64,000 nucleotides of DNA from the NCBI RefSeq assembly GCF_009914755.1, contig NC_060929.1, one strand, 5' to 3'. The stretch is from the human T2T-CHM13v2.0 reference genome, Homo sapiens. The first letter of the stretch is position 1. Every line of letters begins with the position of its first letter. A program made the position numbers and the translations under genes. The notes beneath the pieces are model-generated. The model was not told where the DNA came from and made no database searches. It saw nothing but the letters and a program-made list of their open reading frames with translations. Below are positions 1 through 12,499 of the stretch, piece after piece.

Positions 1-34
1 AATTTGCAAATGGAGATTTCAAGCGCTTTGAGGC

Positions 35-51
35 CAAAGGCAGAAAAGGAA
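35..51 (+). promoter_or_regulatory. pJalpha/A-box-type site at the CENP-B-box-equivalent position in the alternate monomers (first example)
   Basis: caaaggcagaaaaggaa or caatggtagaaaaggaa lies 171 bp before each CENP-B box, as expected for A-type monomers. Confidence 0.75.
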
Positions 52-205
52 ATATCTTCGTATAAAAACTAGACAGAATCATTCTCAGAAACTGCTCTGT
101 GATGTGTGCGTTCAACTCTCAGAGTTTAACTTTTCTTTTCATTCAGCAGTTTGGAAACACTCTGTTTGTAAAGTCTGCACGTGGATAATTTGACCACTTA
201 GAGGC

Positions 206-222
206 CTTCGTTGGAAACGGGT
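206..222 (+). promoter_or_regulatory. CENP-B box (first of ~188, one per dimer; last at 63739-63755)
   Basis: cttcgttggaaacgggt matches the core nTTCGnnnnAnnCGGGn. A/B/E dimers end the box in T, while C and most D dimers end in the canonical A. Confidence 0.97.
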
Positions 223-247
223 TTTTTTCATGTAAGGCTAGACAGAA

Positions 248-587
248 GAATTCTCAGTAACTTCCTTGTGTTGTGTGTATCCAACTCACAGAGTTGAACG
301 ATCCTTTACACAGAGCAGACTTGTAACACTCTTTTTGTGGAATTTGCAAGTGGAGATTTCAGCCGCTTTGAAGTCAAAGGTAGAAAAGGAAATATCTTCC
401 TATAAAAACTAGACAGAATGATTCTCAGAAACTCCTTTGTGATGTGTACGTTCAACTCACAGAGTTTAACCTTTCTTTTCATAGAGCAGTTAGGAAACAC
501 TCTGTTTGTAAAGTCTGCAAGTGGATATTCAGACCTCTTTGAGGCCTTCGTTGGAAACGGGTTTTTTTCATATAAGGCTAGACAGAA
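248..587 (+). repeat. Dimer class A (example, 340 bp)
   Basis: Diagnostics: gaacgatcc, gacttgtaac, gaagtcaaaggtag, cttcctata, aaactccttt, tail gggtttttttcatataagg. Confidence 0.9.
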
Positions 588-927
588 GAATTCCCAGTAA
601 CTTCCTTGTGTTGTGTGTGTTCAACTCACAGAGTTGAACTTTCATTTACACAGAGCAGATTTGAAACACTCTTTTTGTGGAATTTGCAAGTGGAGATTTC
701 AAGCGCTTTGAGGCCAAAGGCAGAAAAGGAAATATCTTCGTATAAAAACTAGACAGAATCATTCTCAGAAGCTGCTCTGCGATGTGTGCGTTCAACTCTC
801 AGAGTTTAACTTTTCTTTTCATTCAGCAGTTTGGAAACACTCTGTTTGTAAAGTCTGCACGTGGATATTTTGACCACTTAGAGGCCTTCGTTGGAAACGG
901 GTTTTTTTCCTGTAAGGCTAGACAGAA
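588..927 (+). repeat. Dimer class B (example, 340 bp)
   Basis: Diagnostics: gaactttcatt, gaggccaaaggcag, ctgctctg, cattcagcagtttgg, ctgcacgtgg, gaccacttag. There are two subtypes: gataatttg/catgtaagg before A, and gatattttg/cctgtaagg before C. Confidence 0.9.
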
Positions 928-1266
928 GAATTCCCAGTAACTTCCTTGTGTTGTGTACATTCAACTCACAGAGTTGAACGTTCCCTTAGACAGAGCAGAT
1001 TTGAAACACTCTTTTTGTGCAATTGGCAAGTGGAGATTTCAAGCGCTTTGAGGTCAATGGCAGAAAAGGAAATATCTTCGTTTCAAAACTAGACAGAATC
1101 ATTCCCACAAACTGCGTTGTGATGTGTTCGTTCAACTCACAGAGTTTAACCTTTCTTTTCATAGAGCAGTTAGGAAACAGTCTGTTTGAAAATTCTGTAA
1201 GTGGATATTCTGACATCTTGTGGCCTTCGTTGGAAACGGGATTTCTTCATATTCTGCTAGACAGAA
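928..1266 (+). repeat. Dimer class C (example, 339 bp; 21 copies, used as HOR anchor)
   Basis: Diagnostics: gtgtacatt, gttcccttag, gtgcaattggc, cgtttcaaaa, ctgcgttgtg, ctgacatcttgtgg. Starts at 928, 3646, 5685, 8403, 10442, 13160, 18254, 20632, 21651, 26745, 28784, 31502, 33541, 36938, 39656, 45093, 50190, 52569, 55286, 58005, 60723. Confidence 0.9.
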
Positions 1267-1605
1267 GAATTCTCAGAATCTTCCTTGTGTTGTGTGTATT
1301 CAACTCACAGAGTTGAACGATGGTTTACACAGAGCAGATTTGAAACACTCATTTGGTGGAATTTGCAAGTGGAGATTTCAGCCGCTTTGAGGTCAATGGT
1401 AGAAAAGGAAATATCTTCGTATAACAACTAGACAGAATGATTCTCAGAAACTTCTTTGTGATGTGTGTGTTCAACTCACAGAGTTTAACCTTTCTTTTCA
1501 TAGAGCAGTTAGGAAACACTGTGTTTTTAAACTCTGCAAGTGGATATTCAGACCTCTTTGAGGCCTTCGTTGGAAACGGGTTTCTTCATACTGTGCTAGA
1601 CAGAA
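1267..1605 (+). repeat. Dimer class D (example, 339/340 bp; follows C)
   Basis: Diagnostics: ctcagaatcttcc, gaacgatgg, gaggtcaatggtag, aaacttcttt, aaactctgc, catactgtgctag. Confidence 0.9.
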
Positions 1606-1945
1606 GAATTCTCAGTAACTTCCTTGTGTTGTGTGTATTCAACTCACAGAGTTGAACGATCCTTTACACAGAGCAGACTTGAAACACTCTTTTTGTGGAA
1701 TTTGCAAGTGGAGATTTCAGCCGCGTTGAGGTCAATGGTAGAAAAGGAAATATCTTCGTATAAAAACTAGACAGAATGATTCTCAGAAACTCCTTTGTGA
1801 TGTGTGTGTTCAACTCACAGAGTTTAACATTTCTTTTCATAGAGCAGTTAGGAAACACTCTGTTTGTAAAGTCTGCAAGTGGATATTCAGACCTCTTTGA
1901 GGCCTTCGTTGGAAACGGGTTTTTTTCATATAAGGCTAGACAGAA
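1606..1945 (+). repeat. Dimer class E (example; D-like first monomer core, A-type second monomer)
   Basis: cagccgcgttgaggtcaatggtag and cttcgtata in the first monomer, with an A-type tail. Copies at 1606, 6363, 11120, 27424, 29462, 37616, 44413, 49510, 51889, 53247, 61402. Confidence 0.85.
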
Positions 1946-4900
1946 GAATTCCCAGTAACTTCCTTGTGTTGTGTGTGTTCAACTCACAGAGTTGAACTTT
2001 CATTTACACAGAGCAGATTTGAAACACTCTTTTTGTGGAATTTGCAAATGGAGATTTCAAGCGCTTTGAGGCCAAAGGCAGAAAAGGAAATATCTTCGTA
2101 TAAAAACTAGACAGAATCATTCTCAGAAACTGCTCTGCGATGTGTGCGTTCAACTCTCAGAGTTTAACTTTTCTTTTCATTCAGCAGTTTGGAAACACTC
2201 TGTTTGTAAAGTCTGCACGTGGATAATTTGACCACTTAGAGGCCTTCGTTGGAAACGGGTTTTTTTCATGTAAGGCTAGACAGAAGAATTCTCAGTAACT
2301 TCCTTGTGTTGTGTGTATCCAACTCACAGAGTTGAACGATCCTTTACACAGAGCAGACTTGTAACACTCTTTTTGTGGAATTTGCAAGTGGAGATTTCAG
2401 CCGCTTTGAAGTCAAAGGTAGAAAAGGAAATATCTTCCTATAAAAACTAGACAGAATGATTCTCAGAAACTCCTTTGTGATGTGTACGTTCAACTCACAG
2501 AGTTTAACCTTTCTTTTCATAGAGCAGTTAGGAAACACTCTGTTTGTAAAGTCTGCAAGTGGATATTCAGACCTCTTTGAGGCCTTCGTTGGAAACGGGT
2601 TTTTTTCATATAAGGCTAGACAGAAGGATTCCCAGTAACTTCCTTGTGTTGTGTGTGTTCAACTCACAGAGTTGAACTTTCATTTACAAAGAGCAGATTT
2701 GAAACACTCTTTTTGTGGAATTTGCAATTGGAGATTTCAAGCGCTTTGAGGCCAAAGGCAGAAAAGGAAATATCTTCGTATAAAAACTAGACAGAATCAT
2801 TCTCAGAAACTGCTCTGCGATGTGTGCGTTCAACTCTCAGAGTTTAACTTTTCTTTTCATTCAGCAGTTTGGAAACACTCTGTTTGTAAAGTCTGCACGT
2901 GGATAATTTGACCACTTAGAGGCCTTCGTTGGAAACGGGTTTTTTTCATGTAAGGCTAGACAGAAGAATTCTCAGTAACTTCCTTGTGTTGTGTGTATTC
3001 AACTCACACAGTTGAACGATCCTTTACACAGAGCAGACTTGTAACACTCTTTTTGTGGAATTTGCAAGTGGAGATTTCAGCCGCTTTGAAGTCAAAGGTA
3101 GAAAAGGAAATATCTTCCTATAAAAACTAGACAGAATGATTCTCAGAAACTCCTTTGTGATGTGTGCGTTCAACTCACAGAGTTTAACCTTTCTTTTCAT
3201 AGAGCAGTTAGGAAACACTCTGCTTGTAAAGTCTGCAAGTGGATATTCAGCCCTCTTTGAGGCCTTCGTTGGAAACGGGTTTTTTTCATATAAGGCTAGA
3301 CAGAAGAATTCCCAGTAACTTCCTTGTGTTGTGTGTGTTCAACTCACAGAGTTGAACTTTGATTTACACAGAGCAGATTTGAAACACTCTTTTTGTGGAA
3401 TTTGCAAGTGGAGATTTCAAGCGCTTTGAGGCCAAAGGCAGAAAAGGAAATATCTTCGTATAAAAACTAGACAGAATCATTCTCAGAAACTGCTCTGCGA
3501 TGTGTGCGTTCAACTCTCAGAGTTTAACTTTTCTTTTCATTCAGCAGTTTGGAAACACTCTGTTTGTAAAGTCTGCACGTGGATATTTTGACCACTTAGA
3601 GGCCTTCGTTGGAAACGGGTTTTTTTCCTGTAAGGCTAGACAGAAGAATTCCCAGTAACTTCCTTGTGTTGTGTACATTCCACTCACAGAGTTGAACGTT
3701 CCCTTAGACAGAGCAGATTTGAAACACTCTTTTTGTGCAATTGGCAAGTGGAGATTTCAAGCGCTTTAAGGTCAATGGCAGAAAAGGAAATATCTTCGTT
3801 TCAAAACTAGACAGAATCATTCCCAAAAACTGCGTTGTGATGTGTTCCTTCATCTCACAGAGTTTAACCTTTCTTTTCATAGAGCAGTTAGGAAACAGTC
3901 TGTTTGTAAATTCTGTAAGTGGATATTCTGACATCTTGTGGCCTTCGTTGGAAACGGGATTTCTTCATATTCTGCTAGACAGAAGAATTCTCAGAATCTT
4001 CCTTGTGTTGTGTGTATTCAACTCACAGAGTTGAACGATGGTTTACACAGAGCAGATTTGAAACACTCTTTTTGTGGAATTTGCAAGTGGAGATTTCAGC
4101 CGCTTTGAGGTCAATGGTAGAAAAGGAAATATCTTCGTATAAAAACTAGACAGAATGATTCTCAGAAACTTCTTTGTGATGTGTGCGTTCAACTCACAGA
4201 GTTTAACCTTTCTTTTCATAGAGTAGTTAGGAAACACTCTGTTTGTAAACTCTGCAAGTGGATATTCAGACCTCTTTGAGGCCTTCGTTGGAAACGGGAT
4301 TTCTTCATACTGTGCTAGACAGAAGAATTCTCAGTAACTTCCTTGTGTTGTGTGTATTCAACTCACAGAGTTGACCGATCCTTTACACAGAGCAGACTTG
4401 TAACACTCTTTTTGTGGAATTTGCAAGTGGAGATTTCAGCCGCTTTGAAGTCAAAGGTAGAAAAGGGAATATCTTCCTATAAAAACTAGACAGAATGATT
4501 CTCAGAAACTCCTTTGTGATGTGTGCGTTCAACTCACAGAGTTTAACCTTTCTTTTCATAGAGCAGTTAGGAAACACTCTGTTTCTAAAGTCTGCAAGTG
4601 GATATTCAGACCTCTTTGAGGCCTTCTTTGGAAACGGGTTTTTTTCATATAAGGCTAGAGAGAAGAATTCCCAGTAACTTCCTTGTGTTGTGTGTGTTCA
4701 ACTCACAGAGTTGAACTTTCATTTACACAGAGCAGATTTGAAACACTCTTTTTGTGGAATTTGCAAGTGGAGATTTCAAGCGCTGTGAGGCCAAAGGCAG
4801 AAAAGGAAATATCTTCGTATAAAAACTAGACAGAATCATTCTCAGAAACTGCTCTGCGATGTGTGCGTTCAACTCTCAGAGTTTAACTTTTCTTTTCATT

Positions 4901-7900
4901 CAGCAGTTTGGAAACACTCTGTTTGTAAAGTCTGCACGTGGATAACTTGACCACTTAGAGACCTTCGTTGGAAACGGGTTTTTTTCATGTAAGGCTAGAC
5001 AGAAGAATTCTCAGTAACTTCCTTGTGTTGTGTGTATTCAACTCACAGAGTTGAACGATCCTTTACACAGAGCAGACTTGTAACACTCTTTTTGTGGAAT
5101 TTGCAAGTGGAGATTTCAGCCGCTTTGAAGTCAAAGGTAGAAAAGGAAATATCTTCCTATAAAAACTAGACAGATAGATTCTCAGAAACTCCTTTGTGAT
5201 GTGTGCGTTCAACTCACAGAGTTTAACCTTTCTTTTCATAGAGCAGTTAGGAAACACTCTGTTTGTAAAGTCTGCAAGTGGATATTCAGACCTCTTTGAG
5301 GCCTTCGTTGGAAACGGGTTTTTTTCATATAAGGCTAGACAGAAGAATTCCCAGTAACTTCCTTGTGTTGTGTGTGTTCAACTCACAGAGTTGAACTTTC
5401 ATTTACACAGAGCAGATTTGAAACACTCTTTTTGTGGAATTTGCAAGTGGAGATTTCAAGCGCTTTGAGGCCAAAGGCAGAAAAGGAAATATCTTCGTAT
5501 AAAAACTAGACAGAATCATTCTCAGAAGCTGCTCTGCGATGTGTGCGTTCAACTCTCAGAGTTTAACTTTTCTTTTCATTCAGCAGTTTGGAAACACTCT
5601 GTTTGTAAAGTCTGCACGTGGATATTTTGACCACTTAGAGGCCTTCGTTGGAAACGGGTTTTTTTCCTGTAAGGCTAGACAGAAGAATTCCCAGTAACTT
5701 CCTTGTGTTGTGTACATTCAACTCACAGAGTTGAACGTTCCCTTAGACAGAGCAGATTTGAAACACTCTTTTTGTGCAATTGGCAAGTGGAGATTTCAAG
5801 CGCTTTGAGGTCAATGGCAGAAAAGGAAATATCTTCGTTTCAAAACTAGACAGAATCATTCCCACAAACTGCGTTGTGATGTGTTCGTTCAACTCACAGA
5901 GTTTAACCTTTCTTTTCATAGAGCAGTTAGGAAACAGTCTGTTTGAAAATTCTGTAAGTGGATATTCTGACATCTTGTGGCCTTCGTTGGAAACGGGATT
6001 TCTTCATATTCTGCTAGACAGAAGAATTCTCAGAATCTTCCTTGTGTTGTGTGTATTCAACTCACAGAGTTGAACGATGGTTTACACAGAGCAGATTTGA
6101 AACACTCATTTGGTGGAATTTGCAAGTGGAGATTTCAGCCGCTTTGAGGTCAATGGTAGAAAAGGAAATATCTTCGTATAACAACTAGACAGAATGATTC
6201 TCAGAAACTTCTTTGTGATGTGTGTGTTCAACTCACAGAGTTTAACCTTTCTTTTCATAGAGCAGTTAGGAAACACTGTGTTTTTAAACTCTGCAAGTGG
6301 ATATTCAGACCTCTTTGAGGCCTTCGTTGGAAACGGGTTTCTTCATACTGTGCTAGACAGAAGAATTCTCAGTAACTTCCTTGTGTTGTGTGTATTCAAC
6401 TCACAGAGTTGAACGATCCTTTACACAGAGCAGACTTGAAACACTCTTTTTGTGGAATTTGCAAGTGGAGATTTCAGCCGCGTTGAGGTCAATGGTAGAA
6501 AAGGAAATATCTTCGTATAAAAACTAGACAGAATGATTCTCAGAAACTCCTTTGTGATGTGTGTGTTCAACTCACAGAGTTTAACATTTCTTTTCATAGA
6601 GCAGTTAGGAAACACTCTGTTTGTAAAGTCTGCAAGTGGATATTCAGACCTCTTTGAGGCCTTCGTTGGAAACGGGTTTTTTTCATATAAGGCTAGACAG
6701 AAGAATTCCCAGTAACTTCCTTGTGTTGTGTGTGTTCAACTCACAGAGTTGAACTTTCATTTACACAGAGCAGATTTGAAACACTCTTTTTGTGGAATTT
6801 GCAAATGGAGATTTCAAGCGCTTTGAGGCCAAAGGCAGAAAAGGAAATATCTTCGTATAAAAACTAGACAGAATCATTCTCAGAAACTGCTCTGCGATGT
6901 GTGCGTTCAACTCTCAGAGTTTAACTTTTCTTTTCATTCAGCAGTTTGGAAACACTCTGTTTGTAAAGTCTGCACGTGGATAATTTGACCACTTAGAGGC
7001 CTTCGTTGGAAACGGGTTTTTTTCATGTAAGGCTAGACAGAAGAATTCTCAGTAACTTCCTTGTGTTGTGTGTATCCAACTCACAGAGTTGAACGATCCT
7101 TTACACAGAGCAGACTTGTAACACTCTTTTTGTGGAATTTGCAAGTGGAGATTTCAGCCGCTTTGAAGTCAAAGGTAGAAAAGGAAATATCTTCCTATAA
7201 AAACTAGACAGAATGATTCTCAGAAACTCCTTTGTGATGTGTACGTTCAACTCACAGAGTTTAACCTTTCTTTTCATAGAGCAGTTAGGAAACACTCTGT
7301 TTGTAAAGTCTGCAAGTGGATATTCAGACCTCTTTGAGGCCTTCGTTGGAAACGGGTTTTTTTCATATAAGGCTAGACAGAAGGATTCCCAGTAACTTCC
7401 TTGTGTTGTGTGTGTTCAACTCACAGAGTTGAACTTTCATTTACAAAGAGCAGATTTGAAACACTCTTTTTGTGGAATTTGCAATTGGAGATTTCAAGCG
7501 CTTTGAGGCCAAAGGCAGAAAAGGAAATATCTTCGTATAAAAACTAGACAGAATCATTCTCAGAAACTGCTCTGCGATGTGTGCGTTCAACTCTCAGAGT
7601 TTAACTTTTCTTTTCATTCAGCAGTTTGGAAACACTCTGTTTGTAAAGTCTGCACGTGGATAATTTGACCACTTAGAGGCCTTCGTTGGAAACGGGTTTT
7701 TTTCATGTAAGGCTAGACAGAAGAATTCTCAGTAACTTCCTTGTGTTGTGTGTATTCAACTCACACAGTTGAACGATCCTTTACACAGAGCAGACTTGTA
7801 ACACTCTTTTTGTGGAATTTGCAAGTGGAGATTTCAGCCGCTTTGAAGTCAAAGGTAGAAAAGGAAATATCTTCCTATAAAAACTAGACAGAATGATTCT

Positions 7901-10900
7901 CAGAAACTCCTTTGTGATGTGTGCGTTCAACTCACAGAGTTTAACCTTTCTTTTCATAGAGCAGTTAGGAAACACTCTGCTTGTAAAGTCTGCAAGTGGA
8001 TATTCAGCCCTCTTTGAGGCCTTCGTTGGAAACGGGTTTTTTTCATATAAGGCTAGACAGAAGAATTCCCAGTAACTTCCTTGTGTTGTGTGTGTTCAAC
8101 TCACAGAGTTGAACTTTGATTTACACAGAGCAGATTTGAAACACTCTTTTTGTGGAATTTGCAAGTGGAGATTTCAAGCGCTTTGAGGCCAAAGGCAGAA
8201 AAGGAAATATCTTCGTATAAAAACTAGACAGAATCATTCTCAGAAACTGCTCTGCGATGTGTGCGTTCAACTCTCAGAGTTTAACTTTTCTTTTCATTCA
8301 GCAGTTTGGAAACACTCTGTTTGTAAAGTCTGCACGTGGATATTTTGACCACTTAGAGGCCTTCGTTGGAAACGGGTTTTTTTCCTGTAAGGCTAGACAG
8401 AAGAATTCCCAGTAACTTCCTTGTGTTGTGTACATTCAACTCACAGAGTTGAACGTTCCCTTAGACAGAGCAGATTTGAAACACTCTTTTTGTGCAATTG
8501 GCAAGTGGAGATTTCAAGCGCTTTAAGGTCAATGGCAGAAAAGGAAATATCTTCGTTTCAAAACTAGACAGAATCATTCCCAAAAACTGCGTTGTGATGT
8601 GTTCCTTCATCTCACAGAGTTTAACCTTTCTTTTCATAGAGCAGTTAGGAAACAGTCTGTTTGAAAATTCTGTAAGTGGATATTCTGACATCTTGTGGCC
8701 TTCGTTGGAAACGGGATTTCTTCATATTCTGCTAGACAGAAGAATTCTCAGAATCTTCCTTGTGTTGTGTGTATTCAACTCACAGAGTTGAACGATGGTT
8801 TACACAGAGCAGATTTGAAACACTCTTTTTGTGGAATTTGCAAGTGGAGATTTCAGCCGCTTTGAGGTCAATGGTAGAAAAGGAAATATCTTCGTATAAA
8901 AACTAGACAGAATGATTCTCAGAAACTTCTTTGTGATGTGTGCGTTCAACTCACAGAGTTTAACCTTTCTTTTCATAGAGTAGTTAGGAAACACTCTGTT
9001 TGTAAACTCTGCAAGTGGATATTCAGACCTCTTTCAGGCCTTCGTTGGAAACGGGATTTCTTCATACTGTGCTAGACAGAAGAATTCTCAGTAACTTCCT
9101 TGTGTTGTGTGTATTCAACTCACAGAGTTGACCGATCCTTTACACAGAGCAGACTTGTAACACTCTTTTTGTGGAATTTGCAAGTGGAGATTTCAGCCGC
9201 TTTGAAGTCAAAGGTAGAAAAGGGAATATCTTCCTATAAAAACTAGACAGAATGATTCTCAGAAACTCCTTTGTGATGTGTGCGTTCAACTCACAGAGTT
9301 TAACCTTTCTTTTCATAGAGCAGTTAGGAAACACTCTGTTTCTAAAGTCTGCAAGTGGATATTCAGACCTCTTTGAGGCCTTCTTTGGAAACGGGTTTTT
9401 TTCATATAAGGCTAGAGAGAAGAATTCCCAGTAACTTCCTTGTGTTGTGTGTGTTCAACTCACAGAGTTGAACTTTCATTTACACAGAGCAGATTTGAAA
9501 CACTCTTTTTGTGGAATTTGCAAGTGGAGATTTCAAGCGCTGTGAGGCCAAAGGCAGAAAAGGAAATATCTTCGTATAAAAACTAGACAGAATCATTCTC
9601 AGAAACTGCTCTGCGATGTGTGCGTTCAACTCTCAGAGTTTAACTTTTCTTTTCATTCAGCAGTTTGGAAACACTCTGTTTGTAAAGTCTGCACGTGGAT
9701 AACTTGACCACTTAGAGGCCTTCGTTGGAAACGGGTTTTTTTCATGTAAGGCTAGACAGAAGAATTCTCAGTAACTTCCTTGTGTTGTGTGTATTCAACT
9801 CACAGAGTTGAACGATCCTTTACACAGAGCAGACTTGTAACACTCTTTTTGTGGAATTTGCAAGTGGAGATTTCAGCCGCTTTGAAGTCAAAGGTAGAAA
9901 AGGAAATATCTTCCTATAAAAACTAGACAGATAGATTCTCAGAAACTCCTTTGTGATGTGTGCGTTCAACTCACAGAGTTTAACCTTTCTTTTCATAGAG
10001 CAGTTAGGAAACACTCTGTTTGTAAAGTCTGCAAGTGGATATTCAGCCCTCTTTGAGGCCTTCGTTGGAAACGGGTTTTTTTCATATAAGGCTAGACAGA
10101 AGAATTCCCAGTAACTTCCTTGTGTTGTGTGTGTTCAACTCACAGAGTTGAACTTTCATTTACACAGAGCAGATTTGAAACACTCTTTTTGTGGAATTTG
10201 CAAGTGGAGATTTCAAGCGCTTTGAGGCCAAAGGCAGAAAAGGAAATATCTTCGTATAAAAACTAGACAGAATCATTCTCAGAAGCTGCTCTGCGATGTG
10301 TGCGTTCAACTCTCAGAGTTTAACTTTTCTTTTCATTCAGCAGTTTGGAAACACTCTGTTTGTAAAGTCTGCACGTGGATATTTTGACCACTTAGAGGCC
10401 TTCGTTGGAAACGGGTTTTTTTCCTGTAAGGCTAGACAGAAGAATTCCCAGTAACTTCCTTGTGTTGTGTACATTCAACTCACAGAGTTGAACGTTCCCT
10501 TAGACAGAGCAGATTTGAAACACTCTTTTTGTGCAATTGGCAAGTGGAGATTTCAAGCGCTTTGAGGTCAATGGCAGAAAAGGAAATATCTTCGTTTCAA
10601 AACTAGACAGAATCATTCCCACAAACTGCGTTGTGATGTGTTCGTTCAACTCACAGAGTTTAACCTTTCTTTTCATAGAGCAGTTAGGAAACAGTCTGTT
10701 TGAAAATTCTGTAAGTGGATATTCTGACATCTTGTGGCCTTCGTTGGAAACGGGATTTCTTCATATTCTGCTAGACAGAAGAATTCTCAGAATCTTCCTT
10801 GTGTTGTGTGTATTCAACTCACAGAGTTGAACGATGGTTTACACAGAGCAGATTTGAAACACTCATTTGGTGGAATTTGCAAGTGGAGATTTCAGCCGCT

Positions 10901-12499
10901 TTGAGGTCAATGGTAGAAAAGGAAATATCTTCGTATAACAACTAGACAGAATGATTCTCAGAAACTTCTTTGTGATGTGTGTGTTCAACTCACAGAGTTT
11001 AACCTTTCTTTTCATAGAGCAGTTAGGAAACACTGTGTTTTTAAACTCTGCAAGTGGATATTCAGACCTCTTTGAGGCCTTCGTTGGAAACGGGTTTCTT
11101 CATACTGTGCTAGACAGAAGAATTCTCAGTAACTTCCTTGTGTTGTGTGTATTCAACTCACAGAGTTGAACGATCCTTTACACAGAGCAGACTTGAAACA
11201 CTCTTTTTGTGGAATTTGCAAGTGGAGATTTCAGCCGCGTTGAGGTCAATGGTAGAAAAGGAAATATCTTCGTATAAAAACTAGACAGAATGATTCTCAG
11301 AAACTCCTTTGTGATGTGTGTGTTCAACTCACAGAGTTTAACATTTCTTTTCATAGAGCAGTTAGGAAACACTCTGTTTGTAAACTCTGCAAGTGGATAT
11401 TCAGACCTCTTTGAGGCCTTCGTTGGAAACGGGTTTTTTTCATATAAGGCTAGACAGAAGAATTCCCAGTAACTTCCTTGTGTTGTGTGTGTTCAACTCA
11501 CAGAGTTGAACTTTCATTTACACAGAGCAGATTTGAAACACTCTTTTTGTGGAATTTGCAAATGGAGATTTCAAGCGCTTTGAGGCCAAAGGCAGAAAAG
11601 GAAATATCTACGTATAAAAACTAGACAGAATCATTCTCAGAAACTGCTCTGCGATGTGTGCGTTCAACTCTCAGAGTTTAACTTTTCTTTTCATTCAGCA
11701 GTTTGGAAACACTCTGTTTGTAAAGTCTGCACGTGGATAATTTGACCACTTAGAGGCCTTCGTTGGAAACGGGTTTTTTTCATGTAAGGCTAGACAGAAG
11801 AATTCTCAGTAACTTCCTTGTGTTGTGTGTATCCAACTCACAGAGTTGAACGATCCTTTACACAGAGCAGACTTGTAACACTCTTTTTGTGGAATTTGCA
11901 AGTGGAGATTTCAGCCGCTCTGAAGTCAAAGGTAGAAAAGGAAATATCTTCCTATAAAAACTAGACAGAATGATTCTCAGAAACTCCTTTGTGATGTGTA
12001 CGTTCAACTCACAGAGTTTAACCTTTCTTTTCATAGAGCAGTTAGGAAACACTCTGTTTGTAAAGTCTGCAAGTGGATATTCAGACCTCTTTGAGGCCTT
12101 CGTTGGAAACGGGTTTTTTTCATATAAGGCTAGACAGAAGGATTCCCAGTAACTTCCTTGTGTTGTGTGTGTTCAACTCACAGAGTTGAACTTTCATTTA
12201 CAAAGAGCAGATTTGAAACACTCTTTTTGTGGAATTTGCAATTGGAGATTTCAAGCGCTTTGAGGCCAAAGGCAGAAAAGGAAATATCTTCGTATAAAAA
12301 CTAGACAGAATCATTCTCAGAAACTGCTCTGCGATGTGTGCGTTCAACTCTCAGAGTTTAACTTTTCTTTTCATTCAGCAGTTTGGAAACACTCTGTTTG
12401 TAAAGTCTGCACGTGGATAATTTGACCACTTAGAGGCCTTCGTTGGAAACGGGTTTTTTTCATGTAAGGCTAGACAGAAGAATTCTCAGTAACTTCCTT

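Noticed and set aside
221-228. T7 run after the CENP-B box as a terminator
   Set aside because: It is a constitutive part of the A/B monomers, with no upstream GC-rich hairpin or transcription unit.
422-430. TTCTCAGAA (STAT/GAS-like) in most second monomers and CACGTG (E-box) in B dimers
   Set aside because: These short motifs are intrinsic to the satellite consensus, and nothing in the sequence supports a regulatory function.
928-2285. Calling the array a simple 8-mer HOR (D10Z1/D12Z3-like)
   Set aside because: No C-to-C spacing of ~1359 bp exists, and D and E look like derivatives of A and C rather than independent monomer pairs. The chromosome assignment still needs alignment.
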